The notes under the pieces are model-generated. The model saw only the letters and a program-made list of their open reading frames with translations. It made no database searches and was not told the DNA's origin. Below are positions 29,293 to 39,364 of a stretch of 64,000 nt of DNA, one piece after another. The stretch comes from an uncultured Candidatus Saccharibacteria bacterium. Its GTDB lineage: Bacteria > Patescibacteriota > Doudnabacteria > UBA920. The position numbers were made by a program, and so were the translations under genes. The stretch lies in contig CAYYQK010000003.1 in NCBI GenBank assembly GCA_964473815.1, positions 23,115-87,114 of the forward strand, written 5' to 3'. The stretch's first letter is position 1, and each line of letters begins with the position of its first letter.

Positions 29293-29667
29293 TTATAGCT
29301 TATCTAAATAATTTTGCAAAATAATTTGCGCGGCCAGACTATCGATATCTTTTTTACCCCCTGGAACTTGAGCGGCCATGACCGTAGACAACCGTTCGTC
29401 CATGTACTCAATTGGAATTGAAAATCGTTCGTTAAGCTCGTCAACAAATTCTTGCACCATTCGAGTTGAATCCGTTTGTGCTCCCCCCATGCTCAATGGC
29501 AAACCAACAACAATTCTTTCCACGCCTTCATCGTCAACTAAATCTTCGATTTGTTGCCAAAACTCTTTCGGCGAAACCACCCGCAATTCTCTGGCCAATG
29601 TGTGGGTCTCGTCAGAGATCGCTAGCCCAACGCGTTTTGTACCATAATCGATTCCTAAAATTTTCAT
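29293..29667 (-). CDS. ruvX: YqgF/RuvX nuclease
   Basis: GIDYGTKRVGLA, VVGLP, DERLST, D..AA..ILQ motifs. Confidence 0.95.
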   Translation of the reverse strand: MKILGIDYGTKRVGLAISDETHTLARELRVVSPKEFWQQIEDLVDDEGVERIVVGLPLSMGGAQTDSTRMVQEFVDELNERFSIPIEYMDERLSTVMAAQVPGGKKDIDSLAAQIILQNYLDKL

Positions 29668-29685
29668 CCGCTTTTTTAAAGGTTG

Positions 29686-30924
29686 TTAATTACTCGAACC
29701 TAACGTTATATCAATATTTTTCTCAGAACCGTTACTATATACTTTAAAAGATACGCGATCGCCTGGTTTAAAGGACTTCAATAAGTAGGTCAGTGAATTG
29801 TCTTCGTTGATTGGTTGGCCATTTACTTCCAGGATAATATCGCCTTCTTTCAGGCCAGCTTGCGCTGCGGGGCTGCCAGGCACAACCGCGAAATCAGCAG
29901 GAGTACTTCCCGGCACAAGCAACGCGCCATGGTCACGTGCCAGCTTCTCTTGGTCAGCAATCGCCTTGGTAATAACCATGTAACGCACCCCGACAAATGG
30001 GCGCACAATCTTACCTTCACGCGTGTAACTATCCAAAGCAACTTTAGCGTCGTTAGCAGGCAAAGCAAATCCTACAGACTGACTCCCAGAGGCTACGGCT
30101 GTATTAATCCCAACTACTTGCCCGGCAAAGTTTAACAATGGTCCACCGGAGTTACCAGGATTGATGGCCGCATCAGTTTGAATCACGCCTTCGAGCTGTT
30201 CGCTGCCTGTGCGATCACCTGCCATAATATGCCGCGACAAACCAGACACCACACCGCTAGTCACAGTATTCTGAAATTGCCCTAATGAATTACCAATTGC
30301 GATTACATGTTGGCCGAGTTCGAGCTTATTGGAATCCGCAAATTCTAAGTATGGCGCATTGTTAATATCAACTTTGACAATTGCTAAATCATTCGACGGG
30401 TCAGTTGTCAAAACTTTTGCATCATACTTTTGACCATCACTTGTAACGACTGTATACTTTGCCGTCGTATCAGCAACAACATGTTTATTAGTTAAAATCA
30501 AACCATCTTTACTTACAAAGAAACCACTTCCAGCACCAACTTCCTGCAAAGTGGAAGAATTAGACGGGCCGCCATTACCATAACCGAAGAAATCAAACGG
30601 AAATGAATTGTTAATTTGTTTGGAAATCACTATAGACACAACTGCGGGGCTAGCTTTTTTTACCACCTCAGTAATCGCTGAGTCCTCTTGCAATACTAAA
30701 TTCTGATTCACTGTCTGCGAACCAGTTCCATTCTTTCCGAACAATTTTTGAATTTCCGGGCGGTTGGCTAAATTAATCGAACCATAAAGTCCGCCAATCA
30801 TCCCCGTAACCAATCCAACAACAACCATTGTCAAAAACATCCGGCCACCAGATAATGGCGGATGTGCTGGTTTGGTTTGCTCTGATGTTGTTTCTTCTTC
30901 TGGTTGGTTATTATAATCTTCCAT
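29686..30924 (-). CDS. htrA: HtrA/DegP-type serine protease with PDZ domain
   Basis: GSGF, TNKHVV, DLA, TDAAINPGNSGGP and a PDZ domain. Confidence 0.95.
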   Translation of the reverse strand: MEDYNNQPEEETTSEQTKPAHPPLSGGRMFLTMVVVGLVTGMIGGLYGSINLANRPEIQKLFGKNGTGSQTVNQNLVLQEDSAITEVVKKASPAVVSIVISKQINNSFPFDFFGYGNGGPSNSSTLQEVGAGSGFFVSKDGLILTNKHVVADTTAKYTVVTSDGQKYDAKVLTTDPSNDLAIVKVDINNAPYLEFADSNKLELGQHVIAIGNSLGQFQNTVTSGVVSGLSRHIMAGDRTGSEQLEGVIQTDAAINPGNSGGPLLNFAGQVVGINTAVASGSQSVGFALPANDAKVALDSYTREGKIVRPFVGVRYMVITKAIADQEKLARDHGALLVPGSTPADFAVVPGSPAAQAGLKEGDIILEVNGQPINEDNSLTYLLKSFKPGDRVSFKVYSNGSEKNIDITLGSSN

Positions 30925-30945
30925 ACTAAATTAATCTAATTTTTC

Positions 30946-32532
30946 TTAACTGCCTGTTGTCGGTGGAGTTTGGTAAGTAGTTTGCGGGATTGGAGCGATC
31001 GGTTTGATCTGTGGGGTTTTCAAACAAACATTTGTTTCCCCCAACACTCCGAGCCCACCTGCACTCGCTCCAGCTCCGATTGGTGTAAATACGAATTTAT
31101 TAATTAAACTTTCTGTGATCCCGGCGACTAAAGTACTGATCGGGTTATCAGCATTGCTGGTTCCCAGTTGAATTGTTCCAGAGATAGCTGCCGACTGCGT
31201 ATTAAATATTGTCGACATGGTCTTGTTGATTTGACCAGAAATAATATCACGTCCTGATTTCAAACCAGGGCTTAAAACTTCTTTAGTTGCAGCCTGATCC
31301 GCTTGTTGCTGGGCAGTACTAGCTAAGGTTGTGTAATATTCTTCCCACCAGTTTGGATAGTTCTTTTCGTCCCCACCTAATTGAGCCAACTTATCTAAGA
31401 AGTGCGGATCATTTGGATCTATGACGATATTTGAACCCTGATTGGTGCGCGCCTTAGCAACATAAATTTTCTTTAACTCGCCTGGCTTTGCATCAACACA
31501 GAAATACTGAGGCAAAAACTTTTGAATAATATCCTGATCAACCGGATCGCTAACAAATTTCTTCATGTATTCCTGGGTATAGTAACGGCCCAGATCGTTC
31601 GAATAGTAAAGTTGGCTGGCAATGGCAAAGTTCTTTTCGATTTTCCCCATCAATTTGTCGAGCATGTTTACTGCAAATTTTCCAAACGAATTCGCCAAAG
31701 CTATTTTTATACCATCCCGAACCGCAGCTTGGATATCTACCACAGCCCATTGCGCCTGAGCTGTTTTCACGCCAGGTAAACCTGATTGAGCAAAGTCAGT
31801 TTGCTGCATCGCATCGTTTAAAGCATACTTTGCGCTCAGCTTAGACATTTGCGAACTGGCTTCATCAAGTCGGTTATTAATGGCTAAGTAATGACCATAA
31901 ACATTTGACCAGGGTTCAGCGTTGGTTCCGTTGGCATAATCTTTAGCAGTCGCCAAAAATGAATTGTAACTAGTGTAAGCTGCTAAATAATCTTTTTGTA
32001 ATTCAACAGCGTCACGCGGTACAGATAAGCTACGGATATTCGCTAACAAGTTTGTAGTATTGGCTTGTGCGGTTTGAATTTTGTCAGTGTTGGCATTATC
32101 TTGAAATGCTTCCGAGGCGGAAACCTGCGTACTCGAATTATAATTGGTGATCATTGAGCCCAAGCTGTTCATATACTGAACTACTGATGGCTGATCATTA
32201 CGCGCTGCAAGTTTAATATCGCTGTCAGGAATAGTTGGTACGACTACTTTTTGTTTTGCGTTCAGATCAGTTTCAACTTCTTCGCGAACCACATCTTCAC
32301 TGGCGACTTTTTTCAAAAGTTGCTGGCTCGCAGCATAATCAGGCTGAACGCTATCAAGCAAAGCCTGATACTGCTTTGTCTCCTCCTCTGCCGCTTTTTT
32401 CTGAGCATCATAATTCGTAGTGTCTTTAAATCCAAAAGTACCTGGGTTCACCAAAGTTATGGTGCCCAAAATTGCGATTATCACGACAATAAAGCCGATG
32501 AGATATTTTCGCGGGATTTCATTGAATTCCAT
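30946..32532 (-). CDS. Membrane-anchored hypothetical protein
   Basis: 528-aa ORF; N-terminal TM and helical extracellular region. Confidence 0.8.
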   Translation of the reverse strand: MEFNEIPRKYLIGFIVVIIAILGTITLVNPGTFGFKDTTNYDAQKKAAEEETKQYQALLDSVQPDYAASQQLLKKVASEDVVREEVETDLNAKQKVVVPTIPDSDIKLAARNDQPSVVQYMNSLGSMITNYNSSTQVSASEAFQDNANTDKIQTAQANTTNLLANIRSLSVPRDAVELQKDYLAAYTSYNSFLATAKDYANGTNAEPWSNVYGHYLAINNRLDEASSQMSKLSAKYALNDAMQQTDFAQSGLPGVKTAQAQWAVVDIQAAVRDGIKIALANSFGKFAVNMLDKLMGKIEKNFAIASQLYYSNDLGRYYTQEYMKKFVSDPVDQDIIQKFLPQYFCVDAKPGELKKIYVAKARTNQGSNIVIDPNDPHFLDKLAQLGGDEKNYPNWWEEYYTTLASTAQQQADQAATKEVLSPGLKSGRDIISGQINKTMSTIFNTQSAAISGTIQLGTSNADNPISTLVAGITESLINKFVFTPIGAGASAGGLGVLGETNVCLKTPQIKPIAPIPQTTYQTPPTTGS

Positions 32533-32593
32533 TTTTGTTTTTTGTTTCTAATTAATAATACAGTTGATTTTTGAATTTATTTCGGCTTACCGG

Positions 32594-34183
32594 CTATTCA
32601 ACCAGTTCTCCACCGAAGACTTTGAGCGCGTCGCTGATAGCGTCGACTGTGGTGACGACTGTTGAGTCGGGTTGATTTCTGTTTATTTCCGCTCGGAATT
32701 GCAAGTTTTTGCCACTGACTTGCTGAATGGAGTCTAGTATAAGCGCAGCGTGTTTTTTGTTGTCGAGGTGCTCTTTATGAAATAGATATTTAACTGAGAT
32801 TATAATACGGCCGTTTTCTACTTCGGTAACAGGAGAGTTTTTTAAGAGGGTGGCAATCGGACTGTTTTCCGTTTTGACTTTAGCCACAACTTCAGGCCAC
32901 CATTGAAGCAAATCTTCTAAAGTTTGGTCTGTGTGAATTTTTTGTGGAGTTTCTTCTGTCTCGGTAACATCAATTTTTGCTGTTTTTTCAGTTTTAATTT
33001 CGACGCGTGGTTCAGGGGTTGATTCTTTTTGTACTGCATTTTGCGTTGCTGGTTGCGAAGTTGCTTGTTGCGGAGCTGTTTGTTGCGCGGCTTGCGAAGC
33101 GCTGGCAACCTGCCCAAACATACTTCCTTCAATGGCTGCGAGCAATAATGGTAGATCTGGTGAAGGGCTCGAGCTTAACTCTTTGTACGAACGCAAAAAC
33201 AATCGGATTACAAATAGTAACTGAGGAAGTGCAACAGTAGAGGTTTGCTGAGCAAATAAATCATTATTTTTCAAAAGCGGATCAGAAGGTTGCGCGTTTG
33301 TTAATTTTACATTCAAAACATGTCGCAAATACACTAAAATTGTGCGGTTAAATACTTGTGCATCAGCACCTCCGCTTAAGGCGGTATCAAAAAATTCCGG
33401 CAAGCTGGCTGATTGCTTTGTAATAATTAATTCCACTAAATTTTGCACCGTTGCTAAAGGGGTTACACCAAGCAATGCCTGAGCATCTTCGAGAGTTATT
33501 TTACTCCCTAACGAAGCGACCATATCGAGACGAGTTAAAGCATCGCGCATACTGCCTTCGGACTGAGCAACAACTGCATCAATGACGCCTTGAGGAAATT
33601 TTAGTTTTTCGCCTTTTGCAATTTCATTTAAAGCATCGGACATTTGTTGCGATGGAATGCGCTTAAAGTCAAAACGCTGAGTGCGAGAAATAATTGTGTC
33701 CGGAACTTTTTCAATGTCAGTGGTAGCTAAAATAAACATAGCGTGTTCTGGCGGTTCTTCCAAAGTTTTGAGCAGCGCGTTAAAAGCGGCTTTGGAAAGC
33801 ATGTGAACTTCATCAATGATGAAGACTTTTTTGGTCATGCTGGAAGGGCGGAACTGAGCATGTTCAATAAACTCGCGGACATTGTCTACGCCAGTGTGTG
33901 ATGCAGCATCAATTTCTAAAATGTCGAGCGAATTGCCGCCAGCAATGCTTGCACAAACGTCGCATTTACCGCACGGATCACCATCTTTTATATTTGGGCA
34001 ATTGGCTGCCTTAGCGAGCAAGCGAGCCAAAGTAGTCTTTCCTACCCCACGGCTGCCAGTGAACAAATAAGCATGTGCTAATTGGCCTGCATTTGCAGCA
34101 TTTTTGAGTGTTTGAACAATCGATTCTTGTCCAACCACCTCAGCAAAGCGCTGGGGCCGATATTTTTGATAAAATGCAGCCAT
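32594..34183 (-). CDS. dnaX: DNA polymerase III subunit gamma/tau
   Basis: KYRP..F..VVGQ, G.RGVGKTT, PCGKC..C, DEVHML, SR.Q motifs. Confidence 0.97.
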   Translation of the reverse strand: MAAFYQKYRPQRFAEVVGQESIVQTLKNAANAGQLAHAYLFTGSRGVGKTTLARLLAKAANCPNIKDGDPCGKCDVCASIAGGNSLDILEIDAASHTGVDNVREFIEHAQFRPSSMTKKVFIIDEVHMLSKAAFNALLKTLEEPPEHAMFILATTDIEKVPDTIISRTQRFDFKRIPSQQMSDALNEIAKGEKLKFPQGVIDAVVAQSEGSMRDALTRLDMVASLGSKITLEDAQALLGVTPLATVQNLVELIITKQSASLPEFFDTALSGGADAQVFNRTILVYLRHVLNVKLTNAQPSDPLLKNNDLFAQQTSTVALPQLLFVIRLFLRSYKELSSSPSPDLPLLLAAIEGSMFGQVASASQAAQQTAPQQATSQPATQNAVQKESTPEPRVEIKTEKTAKIDVTETEETPQKIHTDQTLEDLLQWWPEVVAKVKTENSPIATLLKNSPVTEVENGRIIISVKYLFHKEHLDNKKHAALILDSIQQVSGKNLQFRAEINRNQPDSTVVTTVDAISDALKVFGGELVE

Positions 34184-34264
34184 ATTACCCTAATTATACC
34201 ATACAAACTGCGCATCTAAAAACCGCCGGAAGGGCGGTTTATCGATAATATCTTTAAGAAATTT

Positions 34265-34933
34265 CTACCTGCGGAACACAATTACTTTATAGCCAATAAA
34301 GTTCCAAATTAACGACAAGCAGGTGGCAGCAACTTTAGCTAAATTTTTGACGATATCAGGATTCAAGTTAAACTGCATGATGATATTTGAGAAAAATGGC
34401 CAATCGCTTGCTTTTACTGCCAAAACTACGACCGCACTGTTTATTACCAGGCCAATAACACTAACAATAAGGAAACTTACGAATTGCGTGCTGGTATTTC
34501 CTGGTCCTGTCAGACTTAAACCAAAGGCCATCCACAAAATGAACTCGATAACAATAAAACTTACTAAAACTAAGAGATAAAACAGATTACTGGCATCTAA
34601 TCCTGCCCCAACAAAAACTGCGACAAAGGCAGCAAAGCCTAAACCACCAACCATTACTAAACGAAAAGCGTTCTGAAACAGAGTCATATTCACATTTTGA
34701 GCAAAAGCCCAGGCTTTATTCCAAAAATAGCTTTGAATTACTGCGGCACTAAAACTGAGCACGTTTAAAACGCCAAGCGGTAAGCCGGCTCCGATATCAA
34801 AAGTCTTAGTAATAAAATTCAAAATGATAAAATCGAGAGCGGTGTTTAATGCACCGATTGCGGCGAATCGCAAAATTTGTAACACAATTGGGCGACGCTG
34901 CAAGAGACTATTGATGCTGTCTGCAAATGGCAT
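34265..34933 (-). CDS. GtrA family flippase-like protein with internal insertion
   Basis: RFA.IG..NT..DF, SYFWNK.W.F, K..AT...IWNF motifs. Confidence 0.85.
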   Translation of the reverse strand: MPFADSINSLLQRRPIVLQILRFAAIGALNTALDFIILNFITKTFDIGAGLPLGVLNVLSFSAAVIQSYFWNKAWAFAQNVNMTLFQNAFRLVMVGGLGFAAFVAVFVGAGLDASNLFYLLVLVSFIVIEFILWMAFGLSLTGPGNTSTQFVSFLIVSVIGLVINSAVVVLAVKASDWPFFSNIIMQFNLNPDIVKNLAKVAATCLSLIWNFIGYKVIVFRR

Positions 34934-34971
34934 TTTTTTATTTAAGATTTATTGATAAATTTGATTGGAAT

Positions 34972-35580
34972 TTAGAGTTCTTCGGCCTCGGGTTCTATGT
35001 CGGCTTCAATATCAGCCATATCTGGATTCATTCCCCCACCCTCGCCATGTTTGATAACATGCTCGACTGCAGCCCAGTCGCTATCGACATCTTGTGGGAG
35101 AACAATAGTAACTTCGTCACCGGCATCGGCTTTAAAGTAAGTCAAAGAAGCCAGTAAAACTTTATAGGCCTTACCTTCGGCCAAAACTTTGTAGTCGCCT
35201 TTTTCATCTTGCATCAAAACACCCATGACTTTGCGGCGTTCTACTGGACCGATTTGTTTGTAAATAAATGAGCCGTCCTCGGCAATAGTCAATTTAAGTA
35301 CATCACCTTCGACAAGCTTACTTTTTGAAGCATAGTTAGCAGGTACAGGATATTGTTTGCCTTCTGGGCCGATCATATTTTGTCCATCGAAAACTCCTTC
35401 GATGACTTTATCACCTTCAGATGTGGCCAGGCCGCTAGCCTTTTCGAAAACAGCCGAAGTAGAGGTGCGCACAGGGCCAAGTCCACCGCTTTCACGGAGG
35501 AGCTGTTTGGCTGACTGAATATTCTTTTCAGCAGCGTCGATCATTTGCATGACCAATGCTAAATTGGCAGATTTGTCCAT
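34972..35580 (-). CDS. Hypothetical protein of a type common in CPR genomes
   Basis: EGVFDGQNM..YPVPANYASKSKLVEGD motif, recognised from memory. Confidence 0.8.
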   Translation of the reverse strand: MDKSANLALVMQMIDAAEKNIQSAKQLLRESGGLGPVRTSTSAVFEKASGLATSEGDKVIEGVFDGQNMIGPEGKQYPVPANYASKSKLVEGDVLKLTIAEDGSFIYKQIGPVERRKVMGVLMQDEKGDYKVLAEGKAYKVLLASLTYFKADAGDEVTIVLPQDVDSDWAAVEHVIKHGEGGGMNPDMADIEADIEPEAEEL

Positions 35581-35700
35581 AAAGGTGGGTTTCTTTTATT
35601 TTTGTTTACTTTTTTGTTTGGGTTTCGTTTGCTATAAACGCTGTGGATATTATACCACATGTACTATGAAAAACAAGTAAAATTTTGCACATCTATTCAC

Positions 35701-35729
35701 TTGCATTTATCTAAAGAATACAGTATAAT
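35701..35729 (+). promoter_or_regulatory. sigma70-type promoter
   Basis: TTGCAT-N17-TATAAT; GGAGGT at 35775. Confidence 0.7.
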
Positions 35730-35785
35730 AAATTACCTTAATTCTAGCTGCGCTAGGGGTAAGGAAACTAAAACGGAGGTAATAT

Positions 35786-36721
35786 ATGCAGAGAAAAAAA
35801 CTCGTTCTAAGCGGGCTGATGATTTTTGTGATTTTCATCAGCAGCTTTGGTACGGTCATCACCGCATCTGCCCAAACAAGCAGCCATAAAGAACTGGTTG
35901 CTATAAAGGTAGATAAACACGGTCGACTGACCGACAGTCATGGCAAAAAACGTGACTGGCGACTGTTCGTATTTACCTATTTCGACAGTTCTGGCAAAAA
36001 GCCTCTTCCATTAGGGCATGCTCGAAAGCGAAGTAAGGTAATGTTTATTGATGCAAAGCTACTGAAAATAGATCCCTTCATGGATAAAAAATCAGCAGCC
36101 TACAAAAAATTGCGAGCATACATGCGCGCAGAAAAGAAACATCATCCAAATAAACGCGGTCCCAGAAAAAAAACCGGCACCAAAAACACTTCGGACTCTC
36201 CAGCAACATCAAAGACTGAAGCCGGACAAACACCCCCCGCGGCGACTAACATTCCTGTTAGCAAGCTAGAACCATCACCTGCTCCTACGGTGGCACCAGC
36301 GCAAGGCGTTACAACGGAAGAAGGGGCGGAACAAAGCATTGAGACGTGGTTTGGTGGTAACTTTGCCGGAATGTCTTTTTTACTTCTGGCGCTAGCGTGT
36401 TTAATACTTTTATACGTTCAAGCGTTCTGGCAGGTTAGGGCTTTCTCCAAAAGGTCTAAAACCTCCAGCCCTTCGCCAAGGGTAAAAAAACCCGCTCGTA
36501 CAGTCACTACCATAAACCCGGTGGGAGCAAAAACAGTTGGAACCCCAAACACTTTTGTATTCACTGGAAGCCAAAATCTTAGAATATGGTGGAATGCATA
36601 TTTACACAAAGACACCGTACTCGCTCGCCTCTTGGCGCGCATCACGGAAAAGTTCAGGCAACGAAAACAAAGACGCGAAGCCAAACGTCGAAGACCTGGA
36701 TCAATCCTTAATATCCTATAG
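35786..36721 (+). CDS. Hypothetical surface protein
   Basis: Signal peptide ending ASA, basic domain, P/T/A linker, TM helix, basic tail. Confidence 0.75.
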   Translation: MQRKKLVLSGLMIFVIFISSFGTVITASAQTSSHKELVAIKVDKHGRLTDSHGKKRDWRLFVFTYFDSSGKKPLPLGHARKRSKVMFIDAKLLKIDPFMDKKSAAYKKLRAYMRAEKKHHPNKRGPRKKTGTKNTSDSPATSKTEAGQTPPAATNIPVSKLEPSPAPTVAPAQGVTTEEGAEQSIETWFGGNFAGMSFLLLALACLILLYVQAFWQVRAFSKRSKTSSPSPRVKKPARTVTTINPVGAKTVGTPNTFVFTGSQNLRIWWNAYLHKDTVLARLLARITEKFRQRKQRREAKRRRPGSILNIL

Positions 36722-36849
36722 TGTCTGTGTAATGGATCTATTCCACTACAAACCAATGATGGGTTTAAATGCATTCCTAATCATTGCAGAGTTTAAATAC
36801 AGTCTCTGATTTTTCTCAAAACAATAACTATCGACTTTGCAGTCGGTTT

Positions 36850-38361
36850 TTATTTTACCTCGTAAACCACAATATTCCCCTGTTGATAAAAATTTGAGTA
36901 TTGGTCGGGGTGGGCATCCATGAAATCTAAAATGTCGCTATTACGGTTAGATTCCACAAATACAAACTTGCTATGGAGTTGGTTCTTAATTATATCGTAA
37001 ACTTGGCCGGGGTCGGTCCAGTCATCGGGGTTGTCGTCAGCAATTTTTCGCCACGCCCAGTATTTGTCAGAGTCTTGTAAATACAAAAAAGTTGGATCCA
37101 TGCCAGCCAAATAATAATTGGCGTCATCCCAATACCAAAGCTGTGGAAATTGATCCCATTGCGTGTTTAAAACAATATCACCGGTCTGACTGGCCGCGCG
37201 CATGGCCTGGGCAGCATTTTTGTAACGATCAGACCTGTCGCCACCCGCCAATATAGAATTTACCTGGCGCAAATTAAATTGAAACGAGAAAGCAGCGACA
37301 GCAATGAAGGTGATAACAATAAACTTAATTTGCCAATGTTCTTTGAATGCTTTGCGTAAATTTTCCACCGGGATACTCTTGAAGTAAGGAGTAAAAGTAA
37401 TTGCCGAAGCCAAAACAGCGAATGGCACAAAATATTCAATGAAGCGACGATGCATTAATGCAAGGATGAGAAACCCGAACGCAAGTGATTGCAACCAAAA
37501 AGTTAGCCAATTTAGTTTTTTTAAACGAAGTTCGTTTAAAGTTACGACGAAGGACATCAGCCAAACCACCAGCACCACAAAATCTGTTTTGATAAACCAA
37601 TCTAAGTTATATGGCAACCACTCATTCCCCGCGGGTACAGCACTCCCCGCTCTTAAGCCAGTTTCAAAAAGCTGATTAGCCAATGATTGCAGTAAGTGTT
37701 GATGGTGTGGATGAAATAGCATGCCTAGGACAATTCCAGTTATGACTGCGGCAGCAGGCCAAAGATCGAGCTTGTGTTCGAAAAGCAATATGGCCAGAAC
37801 ATAAGCTGCCACAATGATTGGTAAAAATACAAAACCGCCGTAGGTCCATACGAAAATGAAAGCTGTTAGCGCAATAAGTGCGATGGCAGTTTTTTTGCGG
37901 GCGCGTTGCCGCCACATCAAAAGCAAGATGGCGGCGAACATCAAAGCCAAAGAAAGTGTGTTGGCTTTGACTAAATTGATACGAAACGTAAAGTCTACTG
38001 AACCAGCCAGGAAAAGTAACGACCAAAACCACAAATGCGGGGTTTTGGTTTTGTAGAGCGCGAAAAGGAATGCCGCAAACGCGATTAGCGCGAAAATTAC
38101 GACAGAGGTTTGCAGACGTTCGACGGTGTTAAACGGGACTAACAACAAATGATAAAGATAGTGCTGGTCAGCGAAGCCATTTGCCCAGGTTGTATATGGT
38201 AGCCAAGTAAAGTTGTCTGTTAAGTGGCCTGAGACAAGTAGCTGAGATACTTTCGCGTGGTAAAAGCCATCCGGGTCGGCAAAAAGGCCTCGGTTTAGGA
38301 GTTGGAGAGGTGTTAGTATAAACAGTCCCAGAAGGAAGCTAATTATCCAATCTTTTTTCAT
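36850..38361 (-). CDS. Polytopic membrane protein, GT-C/PMT-like glycosyltransferase
   Basis: DPDGFYH early loop motif, many TM helices, EW.P and RF.EY motifs. Start moved to MKKDW (38361). Confidence 0.7.
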   Translation of the reverse strand: MKKDWIISFLLGLFILTPLQLLNRGLFADPDGFYHAKVSQLLVSGHLTDNFTWLPYTTWANGFADQHYLYHLLLVPFNTVERLQTSVVIFALIAFAAFLFALYKTKTPHLWFWSLLFLAGSVDFTFRINLVKANTLSLALMFAAILLLMWRQRARKKTAIALIALTAFIFVWTYGGFVFLPIIVAAYVLAILLFEHKLDLWPAAAVITGIVLGMLFHPHHQHLLQSLANQLFETGLRAGSAVPAGNEWLPYNLDWFIKTDFVVLVVWLMSFVVTLNELRLKKLNWLTFWLQSLAFGFLILALMHRRFIEYFVPFAVLASAITFTPYFKSIPVENLRKAFKEHWQIKFIVITFIAVAAFSFQFNLRQVNSILAGGDRSDRYKNAAQAMRAASQTGDIVLNTQWDQFPQLWYWDDANYYLAGMDPTFLYLQDSDKYWAWRKIADDNPDDWTDPGQVYDIIKNQLHSKFVFVESNRNSDILDFMDAHPDQYSNFYQQGNIVVYEVK

Positions 38362-39280
38362 ACCAAAATTTAAATAAATAGTTACCTGAGAGTATACAGC
38401 CAATAGTAAAAGGGAAAGCAAAAACAACATCAATTAAATAATGTTGGCGAAGATAAATTGTTGAAACCCAAAGCAGTATAATTATGGGAAGTAAAGTACA
38501 AAATAAATACTTAGAATTCCGATATGCGACGTACAAATAAGCAAAAGTGCACGCAACATGAAGACTTGGGAAGCAATTTCGAGCTGCATTATTTAAGTTT
38601 AGCAAACCCACACTAACATTATTCATAAGCACTCCCTCTAAATCTTTCTGGAATTTACCATTTAGATATAGTTCTGGGCCTACCGCAGGCACGAGCAAAT
38701 AGAAAACATACCCAAGAAAAAAAATAATGGTGATTATGGTAACAAATCTTAATGTTTCACTCTTTTTATCATTTATATAGAAGTAAACGGCTAGAATTGG
38801 AATATAAAAGAAAAAGCTTAGATAAACTAGATTCATTAACTCAGTTAGATAAGGACTTGCGATATTTTGTAGCCAATTATTCAACACTGAAAAATTAAAA
38901 AAGACTAAATCATAATGTATCAAGTCTGAATCCCGATCAATCGGTGAAATTATATGAATCACCGATTGTAAATTTTCATAGATAACAAGAATCAAGATAC
39001 ATACGAGAAAAATTCTCGCATACATAAAAATCTTGCGCACATGGTCTCTAAAAATCGGAAGGTCTTTTTCCCTAAACAAGTTTACTGCAAGAACCGAAAG
39101 CAAAACAAATAGTGCGAAAAAAAATGCAAACAACAACAGACCCAAAACCCAGTTGGAAAAAAGTGGTAAAAAATCAAAAGTTACTTGGAAACGCCAGCTG
39201 AGAAAAACACAAACAATGAAAGCTGGTGCTAAGATCAACTCATGTAAATAAAAATTCCGTTTCAGCCATGATATTCTCAT
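38339..39280 (-). CDS. PAP2 superfamily phosphotransferase (IPC synthase/AUR1-like)
   Basis: PAVGP, NCFPSLH, STIYLRQHY.ID motifs; AT-rich gene. Confidence 0.85.
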   Translation of the reverse strand: MRISWLKRNFYLHELILAPAFIVCVFLSWRFQVTFDFLPLFSNWVLGLLLFAFFFALFVLLSVLAVNLFREKDLPIFRDHVRKIFMYARIFLVCILILVIYENLQSVIHIISPIDRDSDLIHYDLVFFNFSVLNNWLQNIASPYLTELMNLVYLSFFFYIPILAVYFYINDKKSETLRFVTIITIIFFLGYVFYLLVPAVGPELYLNGKFQKDLEGVLMNNVSVGLLNLNNAARNCFPSLHVACTFAYLYVAYRNSKYLFCTLLPIIILLWVSTIYLRQHYLIDVVFAFPFTIGCILSGNYLFKFWYEKRLDN

Positions 39281-39312
39281 AGATAAATTATATAGCAAAA
39301 GTGATTAAGCCA

Positions 39313-39346
39313 AAACAAAAAGGGCCAACGCAAGCGTTAGCCCTTT
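39313..39346 (-). terminator. Intrinsic terminator of the three-gene accessory operon
   Basis: AAAGGGC.AACGC-AA-GCGTT.GCCCTTT with a T tract on the - strand. Confidence 0.8.
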
Positions 39347-39364
39347 CAGTGTTTCGAAAGTCTT

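Noticed and set aside
32594-34183. dnaX -1 frameshift site
   Set aside because: The A-runs I checked in the linker and C-terminal region are not in-frame X XXY YYZ heptamers such as A AAA AAG.
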